Below the pieces are notes generated by a model. It saw only the letters and a program-made list of their open reading frames with translations. It did not search any database and was not told where the DNA came from. The position numbers were made by a program, and so were the translations under genes. A DNA stretch of 64,000 nucleotides from the human T2T-CHM13v2.0 reference genome, Homo sapiens. This document shows, piece after piece, positions 1 through 13,227 of the stretch (positions are counted from its first letter, which is position 1; each line of letters begins with the position of its first letter). The DNA lies in assembly GCA_009914755.4 (NCBI GenBank), contig CP068257.2:32896001-32960000 (forward strand). The letters run 5' to 3'.

Positions 1-18
1 CTCTCTCTCTCTCTCTCT
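1..18. repeat. (CT)n microsatellite
   Basis: ctctctctctctctctct at the window start. Confidence 0.9.
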
Positions 19-168
19 TTTTCCCTGTTCTTGCGCCAGCTGCCTGACAATTTGTGGGATTAAAGCTCTAAGCTGCTTACTGGCTCTTCTGACTAGGGAG
101 AGGGAGCAAGCCTCATTATTTTTCTATTCTTTTCAGTGACTGCTCACTCCTCTTCCTCCAAAATCCCT

Positions 169-216
169 ATCCATCCATCCATCCATCCATCCATCCATCC
201 ATCCATCCATCCATCC
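169..216. repeat. (ATCC)n tetranucleotide microsatellite, 12 units, with a degenerate extension to ~260
   Basis: atccatccatcc... repeated 12 times. Confidence 0.95.
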
Positions 217-504
217 AACTTTCCATCTACCCATCTGTCCTTCCATCTATCCAATCCACTTGCGTGTTGAACGTCTACTATGAGCCATTGGCTACCAGGA
301 ATCCCACTTCCACCCAAATTATGTTTCAACAGGCAAGACAAACAATTTAACAATTACGATAAAAAAGAAAATATGCCATACAATGGAAAAGAAGGGGGCA
401 TGATGGGAGACCCAGCGGGAGTAGCTGGCAACGATTCTTAGGGGGAAGAGACATTCCTAATAGACACCTGCAGGAGAAATATTAAAGAGTCAATCATTTC
501 AGTA

Positions 505-785
505 GCGCTTATTGTGACCAATAATGCAAGAAGTTTCTGGGTTCCCAGGCTGATGGGTTTGAAAGTCACTGCATCATGAATGTGCCCAGGACCCACACGT
601 TGTTTTGTAAGAGAGGGGTTCAGTAAAATGTGAAATGACCGACATTCAACAGGCAGAACTGTGCAGAATGCACGCTTTGCCACTGATTGAAAGTGTTTCT
701 TCAGTAGGTTTTGATAGAATATATTACTAATCTGGTAAGAAACAGCTTAGGGCCACTCAAGAAAAGAAAAGCAGCCCCTAGAAAC
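505..785 (+). repeat. Left arm of a long inverted repeat (its partner is 1861-2150)
   Basis: The reverse complement of 1861-2150 aligns to 505-785 at ~90% identity over ~280 bp. For example, gggttcccaggctgatgggtttgaaagtcactgcatcatgaatgtgcccaggacccacacgttg aligns with ggttcccaggctgatgggcctgaaagtaattgaatcatgaatgtgcccaggacccacacattg. Confidence 0.85.
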
Positions 786-1860
786 ATGTTCTGTGGCTGG
801 GCACAGAGGTAGCTGCTGGAATTTGAACAGGGGTGAGCAGGACCTCGTGGACCTCATTGAGGGGTTAGCAGGGCTGGGCTGGGACAATGAGATCATTTTC
901 TAGGCAGAGAAAAGACAACATGGTAAGTTAAAAACACTGAAAAGTCTGCGCTGCCAGAGTACAAATGTCAGCCAGGAGGGCCCTGACACTCTTGAAAGAG
1001 GGATTTGAGCAGTGGCCACTGCATCTACTTGGCACTCGTTCGCTGTGTAGAAGGGTCACCGAGTCCCTCATCAGAATCCTGAAAGAAGGAGAAACGGTGG
1101 GCACAGGCAGCACACCTCAATCACTTGTGAATAATTTCCTTCTGTCTTTCATAAACATAGCTATGATTGAAATGACCTTTCACGAACAGCAGGGAAGGAT
1201 TGTGGAAGAAAATGAGGTATGTGAGAAGCAAATCCATCTACCTGATTGCCATGTAACTTTCGGTGAGTCACGGAGTGAGAATTTCAGATGTGAATTAAGG
1301 ATTGCCAAGAGTGGTGATATACTTGAAAAGTTTCCTCCACGTTCTACTCCCTGTTCTACTTTAGAATCAGGAGGCCAGAGAGGCAGGAGGGAAGAGTACT
1401 TGTTATTCATAGTGGACCTTCTTCCTGAATAATTTTTAGGGTAATTATGTATGCAGCTTCCACCTGAGTCACTGACCTTTGGGTGAATGTTACTGGATAT
1501 GTACCTATGATACCCAGGCAAACTTTCTGCGGGTTCTACGGGCACTGTGAAGTGTGACAGACTTTGGCTGCGCGTTCACTTTTGATCATAACACGTCCAT
1601 AGAGTGCTTTTAATCTCCTGCAACTTAACATATGAGAAAATCGATTTATTTTGTAGTGAGTTCTGCACATTTCACAGAAAATTAAAGCTCTCTGAAAACC
1701 CAAATCTTCTGTGGGCAGTAATTCACACACAATATTCTGGAAATGTAAAATCCTAAATGCCTGCTGACTTCAAATCAATGTTTATAGCTTGTGTCTGAAT
1801 AGCTGCATGAATTGCTCCGCTCCTCTCCTTCTACTGCCCTTCGCTTTGATTTAGCCACTC

Positions 1861-2150
1861 ATTTCCAGGGGCTGATTTTCTTTTTTTGCATGGCCCTAAG
1901 CTGTTTCCCATCAGATTAGTAACATATTCTATCAAAGCCTATTGAAGAAACACTTTCAATCAATGGCAAAGTGTGCATCCTGCATGATGCTGCCTGTTGA
2001 ATGTCGGTTGTTTCACATTTGACTGAACCCCTCTCCTACAAAGCAATGTGTGGGTCCTGGGCACATTCATGATTCAATTACTTTCAGGCCCATCAGCCTG
2101 GGAACCAGAAACTTTGTGCATTATTGGTTTTACAATTTCAGCTGAGGCTT
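1861..2150 (-). repeat. Right arm of the long inverted repeat
   Basis: See the left arm. The arms are separated by a ~1075-bp spacer (786-1860). Confidence 0.85.
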
Positions 2151-3023
2151 CCACAGAACAACTCAGAAGAAATAGGCTGTCCTGAGTGAGCCTTTTCCTT
2201 GACTTGTATTTTCTATTCTAAGGTCTATTGGCTTCACTGGCAGTGGGACCACTGACTTTTTCCCTCCTTTATCTAAGGGGACCTGTTGAGAGTCTCTATT
2301 TGGAAATATTTCCTGCCTGTCCTTAGTGGGGGTCAATGCCTGAATCTGTCCAATAATCAGATTTGACCAACTTGGTGGAAGTGTGGATTTTCCAGCACGA
2401 TTAAACCTTGAACATATATGGCTTGAAAATGTGCAAATACTCTTGGAAATGACAGGATCATGGTTCTCAAGAAAGAGAAAAAAAAGTAGCATGTGAATTT
2501 TCACAGATAAACGCCTAATGCTAATGTTGATCAGGATTAATGTCATTTCCTAGATTTCAGCAAATAAACACTGGGTTACTTAGGCCTTTGTGGGCTTCCC
2601 AGGAAGGTCACCACCATTTGAAATGAGACTTTCAGGGAAAAAGCTGCCAGAGATTAAACAGAAGGCTTACAGATGCATCTTCTGAAGATAACTTAGTATC
2701 TTCCATGGACATCTTTTCTAATAGAAAAGAAAGCTCTTCAAATGACCAAAACCATTGCTGTTTTGTGGAGGTGCTGGTGAACAGGGGTTTCATCACAGTA
2801 GCATCTACCTGTACAAACGAAATACTCGAAGTTCTGATTTCAGTTTTATCCATTTTCTTCTTTTGCAAGTGATGCATTCTTAGTGTGGTGGACTCTCCAT
2901 GAACCACAGCACAGAATTAGGAGTTTCTAAGCTCAAATTGACAAAGGATGTCTCCTTCTGAATTTAAAATGTTTAAAAAGGTTTAAAAGCCTTTTAAACT
3001 GCAGAATTTAGAAGGTTCACAGA

Positions 3024-3029
3024 TTTATT
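3024..3029 (-). terminator. RCAN1: Distal polyadenylation signal AATAAA (minus strand)
   Basis: tagAATAAAtctgtgaacc lies on the minus strand and is followed by a U-rich stretch. Confidence 0.5.
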
Positions 3030-3074
3030 CTAGAAATAAAATGACAACTTTTCTGTAAGGAGCATACTGTGCCC

Positions 3075-3080
3075 ATTTAT
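3075..3080 (-). terminator. RCAN1: Proximal polyadenylation signal AATAAA (minus strand)
   Basis: ctataATAAAtgggcacag lies on the minus strand, 45 nt upstream of the distal signal. Confidence 0.45.
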
Positions 3081-4648
3081 TATAGAATGCAGTTAAAAAA
3101 AATATTTTGAGGTTAGCCTCTCCAGTTTAAAAGCACTTAACAAGAAACACTTGGACAGCGATGCAATGGTCTCTCCCAAACCGGCTCCCTCTTACCAAGT
3201 ACCGTAAACAGGGTTTGAGAACGTTCAATCAATTTCTTGATATGAACAATCAAAGCATTTAATGCAAACATATTTGCTTCTCAAAGAATAAAACCATCTT
3301 CCAAATTTCCAAAGCATGCATTGTTACTTGGCATTAAGTATTTCAAAATGACAAACATTGTTACGGTATTCTAAGGCCAAAATATAATACCTATTTACCA
3401 GACATACACATTACAACTAGAAAAAAATTACAAATGTTAACCTAGTATAACAATTCCATCAGGAATGAATGGGGAAAGGCACTGCATCCCTCTCATATCG
3501 CCACAGATCTACTATCCACTTGACATGCTTTGAATTCAAGTCCTGTTAGACATGGGAACAGCTTTTCCTACAACATATGATTCACAGGTAGGTTAATACA
3601 TCTTAGTCTCCCACTGCCATACTTTTCACCCAAGTGTACAACAGGTATGAATATATGCTATCAGCTTTATTTACAAGTGTATCTTGATGTCTTCGTGGGG
3701 TAAAAGAACCAACTATCTCAACCAACAGTTTCCAAAAAAGTTTTTGGCTATGATTCATGTATAGAAACCACCACATAAAAGAAACAACAGAAACTGAGGT
3801 CCGATCCCAAACACCTAAACTAAAATTTCTCACCCACTAAAAGTTGGCAGTGAAACTGCTATTCTCTGAATTGTATAAGCTAAATTCTACAGAGGAATTT
3901 CAGATCAACTTCTTTTGCAAAAGCACAAGTTACACGTTGCACGGTTGGGGATGCTGAGTGAATGCATTCCAGGAAGAGTTCCGCAAGCAAGTGCTGTTGC
4001 AAAGAGTCGAGAATCCGAGAATCTGGGAAAGGTGATACGTTTTCCAAACGCTTTCCTGGCTTCCCAAAAGATGTAAAACAACAACGGTGTAACTTTATAT
4101 ACGAACAAAGGTTAGTCTTGTAAATCAGTAATATACATGCACAAACATGAGAACATGAGGGAAGAAAGGAAACGCTACAATTTCCACATTGCATTGCTGC
4201 TGTTTTCACAACCTCTCTGCACTAGGCGGCTTCCTGTGGTACCTCTTCCTACCAGTAGAGAGTGGCCCCTGCAGGCCACTTAGAAACAGGAAGCTCTCTC
4301 CTGAGCTCACTGATCAACCTGCCCTTGGCACAGACAGAACCTACCAGAAAAGAACAAGTACAAAACACTATCATTATCTGTTTTCTCAAGACAGTCCCAA
4401 ATGTCCTTGTGCGATCACCACAAACTCAGTGATTGGCCCAAGTCATTCCCGGGTGCCATGAACAGTAACTGGTGTGCAGCATTAGAACAAGGGGACACGG
4501 CCTTGATTCTCTTCTGAGCAACATGAACTGGGATTTCTGCCACCCCGATCTCGGCTGCCACCTCCGAAGAAGTCGTGACCAGCCACCTCCACAGTAAAAG
4601 ATTCCTCCCGTGAGTATGATTTGGAATGCGTCCTCGTCGCGTGCCAGT

Positions 4649-4846
<198 letters not shown>

Positions 4847-5599
4847 TCACTCAGACAAGTCCTTGGGAGTCAAAAGGCAAACATAAAAGAGCATTCAGGG
4901 CTCTGCTGGGCCAGCTGCTCGTGACCATTCGATTGGGCTGAGAGACACAGCCAGACATATTTTGGGTTTGTATTTCTTTGCTAGCTCATTCAGAAAAAGA
5001 GAGATTTCCATTGTGCATGACTCTGTTTTTAGTCAAACATTCTGGGAGTCCAGGCACATGAGAAGTATAGAAGGAATGCATTTTTCTAGTTATACTTCAC
5101 ATGTCCACCAGATATCTAAACTACCCAGAGAACTCCCTTTCTGTCAGCATTTCCTCAAGTGTGAATGTGAGAAACTTCGGTTCAGGAAAAAGATGGATGA
5201 AGAAACGTATTTGGAAACAGAACCCTGGGCCTCCCTCATGCAGCTCCTATTTGAGGGTCGCAGTGCACGCCCAGGAAGGGCGCCACAGGAGGCCCTGCAG
5301 CAGACGCAGGGGTGGCTGCACGGAGCCAGGTGCTCTGGAAACGTTTTTGACCTGGGCATCTTTTCCTTAGAACAACTTCTAATCCCCGGGACCAGGAGTG
5401 TCCTGCTGTTCTATGTCAGCCTGAGTTCTACCAGGTTGGCCAAGTTCAGGCCACTCTGGTCCAGCAAGGGTGGGGAGAGCTTTCTGCAACTGAAAAACCC
5501 GGCAATGTAGAATGAAGGGACTGGGGCCTCCCGCTGGGGTGCCGCTCTGGCCACGGGAAGAGTGTGCATCTCTGGTGCTCATGAAGGCAGCTCTGAGCC

Positions 5600-5730
5600 T
5601 GGCTCCTTAGTACCCAGGGCTCATGGGCACTTTATTCTGCTTCCCTGTGCACCTCAGTTCCCTCCTCAGTAAAGGAGACGGTAAAGGTATTGACTTCATG
5701 GAGCTAACAGCATGAGTGAGTGCCCGAGGC
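5600..5730 (+). mobile_element. Possible MIR fragment
   Basis: cacctcagttccctcctcagtaaaggagacggtaaaggtattgacttcatggagctaacagcatgagtgag has only a loose match to the MIR core. Confidence 0.3.
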
Positions 5731-5789
5731 AATGAGAACCCGGCTCACCACATGCTTGTCCAGCCCATGTCACCTAGAAAGATGTTTAA

Positions 5790-6260
<471 letters not shown>

Positions 6261-8062
6261 TGTGCTTGGGATTTCTTTGCAGTTCGGGTAAGTGAGGAGG
6301 CACCGCACCAACCACTGTGTGATTTCCGCCCGACAAGAGCGGCCCAGGAGAGCTTCCTACCTCCAGCCACACTGGTTACTCCTCTAAACCTGGAAGGTAC
6401 TTTTACTGATAAGGAAGGTGGTGATCTTTTCTCTATCACATGTGGGACTGGAATGTTATTATAACTGCACTGAAAAAGGCAAAGGAGCTCAGCTCTCTGA
6501 GAGAGAGAATTCAGGCATGGGAGGTCAGATGGATTGCTGAAAATGCTGGTTAAGAGCCTCTTACAAATCTACCTCTTTGCAAGTCTCTTATCTACCTACT
6601 AATCATCGAAAATCCAGAAAGCTCAGGGTTTAGGACCATAATTTGCAAAATCTCCGCAATCCTGTTGGTTGAAAAGCACAGGTGAAATATGAAATCTCAC
6701 TCAAGCTCACTGTTAAGTGAACCAAGGACAAACTGATTTTATTACGTCTATTTCCTAAAAAGCCTTCTCCAATAAGCCCTCGGTGAAGGAAGTGGTATAT
6801 TCTGGAGTATGCAGAATTTTTATTAACAGCATTTGCCTCTGGAACTGTGGACACCTCTTTGCAAGTGGAGACCCTGTTTTCTCCCATTCCTAACCTAGGG
6901 GAAGACTCCACACCCTCAGCCATGCTCATGCCCCCGGGCCAGGAGCTGCTGTGGGGGGAGCACACGCTTCCTCAAAATGGCCATTTCTGATCTTGACCTT
7001 CACGCCACAATTAGCAGTAAGTAATGTGACTCTTGCTTTATCCCACAGAGGGAATTTCCGTTTGGACAATGTTTTCAGAAATGTAATCTTTTCAATATGA
7101 AACTGCTGATGGACCAAGAAAACAAAACCCTCAACCCAAGGGAACATCAGATTGCTGGTCAAGGAGAAATGAGGAGCTGACGGTCTCAGCATTTATTTGA
7201 CTTGCTCCACGGACAGAGCAGGAGAAGGCTCAAACCTCTTCACCCCAAGACTCTCCCTCACACCTGCCTCCTCACCCAAACCCTAGAGGACAGGACAGGA
7301 ACCACCAACATTTTATGGTTTTCAAAAATCCTGCATTGAACACTGACTGTGAGCCAGGTGCTGATGGAAGTGCCTTTCACTCGATGATCTCATCTATTGC
7401 TCACAATTCCACCAGTTAAGGCCCACATTTTGGACAAAGAGCCTGAGGAACCTACCCCCTCCCCGCAGTGCTCACACTTTTGTCCCTCCAGAGGACGGGA
7501 ACTTCCTCTTTCTTTAGCAAGCTCTGTAGGGGACCAGCCCACAGGCCCTGGGGTAGGGCAGCCCGACCGCGGCCCTTCCCTCACCATGGCCTATGGTTCT
7601 CCTTCCCTTTTCCTTTAAGAAGGCCAGGTGAGAATCACAGGAAAGGGAGAATTTATTTTGATTAAAAATAACATTTCTTAAAGGGGGCATCGATTTTCCC
7701 TTTCCAAAGTCCAATCACTCATCCCTATCCGGAGCGACAGAACCTGGGGCCGGGGCTCAGGCCTCCCACGCAGGCTGTGCTCAGTGGACACAGGAATGGA
7801 TTCCTGGGACACTGCGGGGGGTGGAGGGGCGTGATGCAGGGTCCCCACGATCAGCCGCAGTCTCTCTAACACTGCAGGTGGTGCCAAGAGGCAGGCATGC
7901 TCCCAGCACAAGGGACGGTGGCGCAGAAGAATACAGAGAAGCTCACAAAACATGCCGGCATGGGCTCAGGAGAGCTACGGGGGTAGTGGTGGTACTGCTC
8001 CCCGGTGCAGGGCAGCAGCTGTGTCTCCCCCTGCCTCCCTCCCACCCGAGGGCCCTGCTCAC

Positions 8063-8222
8063 CTGGCCCCAGCTTGGAGATGGCATATAAGAGATCATAG
8101 TTTATGACTGGGGTCGCATCTTCCACTTGTTTCCATCCCACTGGCGGAGAGGCGGGAGGGGAGATCAGAAACTGCTTGTCTGGATTTGGCGGAGCCAGGT
8201 GTGAGCTTCCTATGTGTAAGGT
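8063..8222 (-). CDS. RCAN1: RCAN1 exon 6: [53 protein letters not shown](G)
   Basis: Exact match to the RCAN1 protein; the PxIxIT-like PVINYD and the SPPASPP motif are present. The acceptor is ctcctcag|ACC (AG at 8223-8224 on the minus strand) and the donor is CAG|gtgagc (GT is the complement of 8061-8062). It is 160 bp long and ends in phase 1. Confidence 0.95.
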
Positions 8223-9270
8223 CTGAGGAGAGAAAATAAGCACAGGTCAGTTGTTGCCAGGGAAGAACTGCAGTGAGGCAACAGCACCTAACGCCAGTTC
8301 CGGGAGATGGGCAGGTCAATGTCCAGGCGTCAGGACAGGTGTGATTCCAGGACCAATTGTAAGATGGTCTGTAATGGGGAGGGCAAAAGGACACATGAAC
8401 TCTGGTTGTGGCACAGATAGGATGACAGCCCCCTCCCAGGGCTATGGGAGTCACAGGCACAGGGACTGCAAATAATTACGCTTGACCTAGATAGACAGAA
8501 AATCAGCAGAGGTGACTTTAGTATATATGGAAATTTAAGTCACTGTCATTGAGGTCAGGAGGGCTCTTGGAATCAGTCTCTCCCCGCTCCTCATACCACA
8601 GAGGCAAGCTCTGAAAGTCCAAAGCCTAGGCCACAGTTCTGAGAGGACACAGCTTCTCAGGGACAGGGAGCCAGGGCTCCACCTGCCCCTAGGGTTCCCC
8701 ACCCAGCAGCAGCTCTGCACCTCCCTCTCCGGGACTCTGGATCAGATGCCAGAAAAAAAAAAAAAAGCCACTTCCCAGGAGACTTTAAGAAATAAGAATA
8801 AGGAACAATAACCTACGATCCTAGTTTGGTTTTAGAAATGCTGACCAGTGATGAGAGGGCTGTCCATAGAGCTCTTACATCTCAAGCTGCGCGGTGTAGG
8901 TTTTCTCTGCACTTCCAGATTGCCCTCCCCAAGTTTTCACAATGAATATGCATTGTTTTACAAACAGAAAAGGTCAGAGGAGTACTAAGTAATTATTTGC
9001 ATAAAATCTTATCCCGTGCAGAAAGGAGTGTACTCACACAGGAAGGCCTAGGCACCCAAGGTCAAAGCTCAGCCTGTGCCTCCCAGGGCAAAAAGGTCAG
9101 GGGTGGGGCGGGGATCCCAAATGCTTTATTTATTCTTGAAGGGCCCAGCAAGTTCGCTGTCCTCACTTTGAGGAAGAAAAGACACTTTGGCTCTCTGGCG
9201 TGGTGTCAGATGAGCTTCCTCCCACTGGGGGAGGCCTTTGGACAGGGTCCTCTCCCATCCCAGCAAGGTA

Positions 9271-9312
9271 TGTGTGTATGTGTGTGTGTGGTGGGGGCGG
9301 GTTGGGGGGGTG
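9271..9312. repeat. (TG)n microsatellite followed by a G-run tract (ggtgggggcgggttgggggggtg)
   Basis: Direct reading; it lies in RCAN1 intron 5. Confidence 0.85.
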
Positions 9313-10046
9313 CTCAGAGCCTGAGGGGGACTTGCTTTACTGAGGAGCTGGCTGCATTCTAGAAGCTCCTCTCTTCTTCCCTGACAATCTGTCAGCCCCT
9401 AAGGACATCAAATGGAACTCTGGGAGCTGCCTTGAAGGTGGGTCACCTGTCCTAAGTTCCCCAGAGGAGGGTCAAAATGGTAGTGGGCAGGAGAAAAGGC
9501 AAGCCCAACCCCAGCTACCCCTCTCCCTGCCGTGGGTGCCCTGGGGCTGGGAACCCTGCCAACCAGAGGGTTTCTTAGCATCTGCGCCCAGTCTGGTTAT
9601 CCCCTATTTTCCTTTCAAGCCAGACCTGGCAGTCCTGGGCTGATTTGCAGGCATCTTCTGCAGACTCCTGTTTCTCTGCTGAGTACCCCCAGCACCACAT
9701 GAGCAGGGAACCACTCTGGTCTGCTCAGTCTAGAGTGGGTCATGAGCTCCAACCCTTGAGCAAATTCATGGAAACCTGCTGCGCAAACCTTAGGGTGTTT
9801 GCATAGCCACGCCTACCCCGCTGCACCCTGCAAGCTCCCCAGTGAACAGGGAAGGCTTTCTTTCCCCCATCATTATCAACCCAGGAAGGTCAGGGGCGAT
9901 GTCTGAGGTTGCTTTCAAATGCACCTTGATATCTTCTTAAAACAAGTGAGACGCTGAACATTCAGAGTAGGAATTTTGTCTTTCTCAAGGTGAAGTCTCA
10001 GAGTTTCCGGTCAGCATATAACATAAGCAACGTATAAGCTGCTTTA

Positions 10047-10310
<264 letters not shown>

Positions 10311-10339
10311 TTACCTGCATATGACCCTTGACTAGATGA

Positions 10340-10660
<321 letters not shown>

Positions 10661-13227
10661 TGAGGAAGTGGATCATCAATCCTTTCAAGAACTCCTAACT
10701 TCTTTCTTAGAGAAAAGCCTTTCCCCTCTTAGGGGACTATGGCCTTTAGTCCCAATGCAGGTGATTTTACAAGAAGGTAAGAAGGTATGATTTATTACAT
10801 TCATCGAATCAGCAGAACAGTTGCCAATACATAGACACTACTTACGGTAACAAACTTTTTTAAAAAGTAGAATGAGCATTTTCCAGGGAGGTACAGTTTG
10901 GTAATTTGCTCCCCATGTTTCTCTGTCCTATGGCCTTCCCCCACTCACCCCCCCTTTTTTCTCTGTCCTATAGCCTTCCCCGGCTAGCCAACTCCAACCC
11001 CACCGTTCAGCTCAGGGCAGTGTTGCATATATCAAAGATTTCTTTAAGGCTTAAAAGAACTGCAGCTAATTTGAAAAAAAGAAATACTGACTTGAAAAAT
11101 AACAAAGTTGGTAGAAAGTTTTGCATTTCTTAAAATAAGTAGTTTTTAAAAATTTCCACGATCGCTTTTATCTCAGTCTGTTACTTTTTAACTCTCTAAA
11201 ATGATACTGGTTTAAAAATTAATGTTCTGCAAATGGACCATTTTCTGCATCCTGGCTTTCGTGTCTGTGCACACCTCGCTCTGGTGCCATAGGGCTAGTG
11301 AGAATTAGGAGATGTCCTGAGCTCTTAGAATGCAAAGCTCGAGGTGGGGGATTACAAGCTTAGGTTGCTCAGGGGACAGCCCCCTAGGCTGGGTCCTGGA
11401 GTGTGGCTGTCGGTGGGGGCAGCTGGGGGCCACTGCAACTCCTCAGAGAGGGAGTTTAACTGGTGGACAGTCAAAGCTCCAAGGAAGACTGCATGGGCTT
11501 CTAGTCGCCGGGTTTTGTGAATCTTTTTACCAGGCAAAAACACTTAGGACAGTTTGTGGGAGCCCGTGTGAAAGGCAGAAGGGGCTGGCCAGGAAGAAGG
11601 GGATGGCGCAGGGTGTGGATGGTAGGCAGCGCGGACAGAGCTCACTGAGGACCTTGGAGAACCTATGGAAGGCGCAGTGTCTCTGCAGTGGGAGCGAGGA
11701 TTCAGGATAAGAGAGGAGAGTGTCTTCAGGAATGTTCACTGCTAGCAAGCGCGGGGAGGCACTGGTGGATGCCTGCTCCACATGGGGCTGCGGGTAGGAG
11801 CAGGGTAGTCGGTCCCTGCCAGGCAGGTCGTTAAGGAGCAGTCGGAACAACCTACGACCTTGCTCTCCTTGCATTCCCCGGCTTTTCTTCAGTTTAGGGA
11901 CATTTCTGAGACTTTCCCACGAGGGATCCCGCAGAGGCACGTGCGAAGGAACGCGGAGCTGGCGGACGGTAGAGTTCATCTGGCCGCCTCTCACTCTTTT
12001 TCCCCACCTCTCTTGAGCACGGGCAAGTTTCTGGCAAAAGTGTGTCTTCGTACATTTGGAATTTTGTATGACCTCATCAATAGGCACTGTGACCCACTGT
12101 TTAGTTTTGAAGTTATGATTCAGAATTTGGGAGAGATGACTTTGAAGAATATTTTTAGAATACAGGTTCAGGGCTTAGGACCAGAACAAAAGAGAATTCA
12201 CATTATCTTTAAAATCTAGATTACTATGATGCCTTTCTCTTATAAAAGAATCTTATTTGTTCTAATAACTGATACCTAGTTATTATAGCTTTTGGATGGC
12301 ATCTCTACTTCATTTAAAAAATAGTGATTTTACTCACATAAGGCTCATGTTAAGTGAACTCACTTTGTAGTACTTTAAAAACATAGAATGTGCTCTGCAA
12401 TCTAGTCCAAACACTATGGTGCGAGCCCATAAGCATTATATACAATTATGGAGTTACATTTGATTTTTTTTAAAAAAAGAAACCTTCGCATGTCCCAATA
12501 TGGCTTTGGATATAAAGCATATAACACCACCAGGCACAAATACCACCCCTCAAATAGAGCATACAGGATTCATTCCTATACAGTATTATTAAAGCTCAAT
12601 TAGCCGGATAGCTGCTGATGAAAAAACTTACATTTTAATCAAATGAAGAAGAAAAGTGTAGTGATTAAAATGATTATATTAATCACCATCAAAGAGAGCT
12701 GCTGCCCAGGAGGCACACTGATCTCACACTTAATTTCTCCAGTTTTATTATTTGCTCTGGCGGCATTTTCTCTTGTTAGAGAAATCTGGGAGCTTGAGGC
12801 CAGGCCCTCATAATTACTACAAACATACAAATATCTTTATGACATTTATTTCCTAAGACGAAATGAAATTATTCACAACACTGGCTGCAAAAGTAAAACA
12901 CTATTCACTGTCAGAAGAGGCCTCTTTCTGAAAAGTTCACTTACAACATACACAGAATGAAAAACACACGATGCCCCAACTCTCGCCTTCCTAGTGAGTT
13001 GGTTCAGGGGCCTGGATGTTGTCAAATATTGAGATCTTTAGAAATTCCTTCCTCAGTTAATTCCTCAGGCAACAGCTTTTGATTTTCAAGGCTCGAAAGA
13101 CTTTGGATTTCTTTCAAAACCCCCAAACCCACAAGAGAGCCACATTCTCCCAAGTATTCAGTTAATAGTCCCAGTTAGCATAATGCTTTGAAAACTAAAG
13201 AAAATCACGTTATATTAGAAGCCTTAC

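Larger units (their letters stand above)
3003..4648 (-). other. RCAN1: RCAN1 3'UTR (rest of terminal exon); 3' end approximate
   Basis: Contiguous with the coding part of the last exon after the TGA stop (4649-4651 on +). Two tandem AATAAA signals on the minus strand lie near the predicted end, with a U/GU-rich downstream stretch. The exact cleavage site (~3000-3060) is inferred, not observed. Confidence 0.7.

Noticed and set aside
169-216. Same (ATCC)/(CCAT) microsatellite motif at 169-216 and at 36370-36400, suggesting a dispersed duplication
   Set aside because: The flanking sequences are unrelated. This is a common tetranucleotide repeat that arose independently.
965-1432. 155-aa plus-strand ORF between the inverted-repeat arms
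   Set aside because: There is no recognisable family or domain. ORFs of this length occur elsewhere in the window's non-coding DNA (182, 180 and 151 aa), so it is not significant on length alone. It is kept only as context for the inverted-repeat finding.
7866-8243. 125-aa minus-strand ORF overlapping RCAN1 exon 6
   Set aside because: Only the central 160 nt (8063-8222) is exon. The ORF runs through the splice acceptor (MLIFSPQ...) and the donor (...QGPRVGG...) into intron sequence; the real boundaries are set by AG/GT sites and the known protein.
11527-12087. 186-aa minus-strand ORF inside RCAN1 intron 4
   Set aside because: It has a low-complexity, Arg/Pro/Ser-rich composition typical of chance ORFs in GC-rich DNA and no recognisable domain. 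It overlaps the CpG-dense block, which is the likelier signal.
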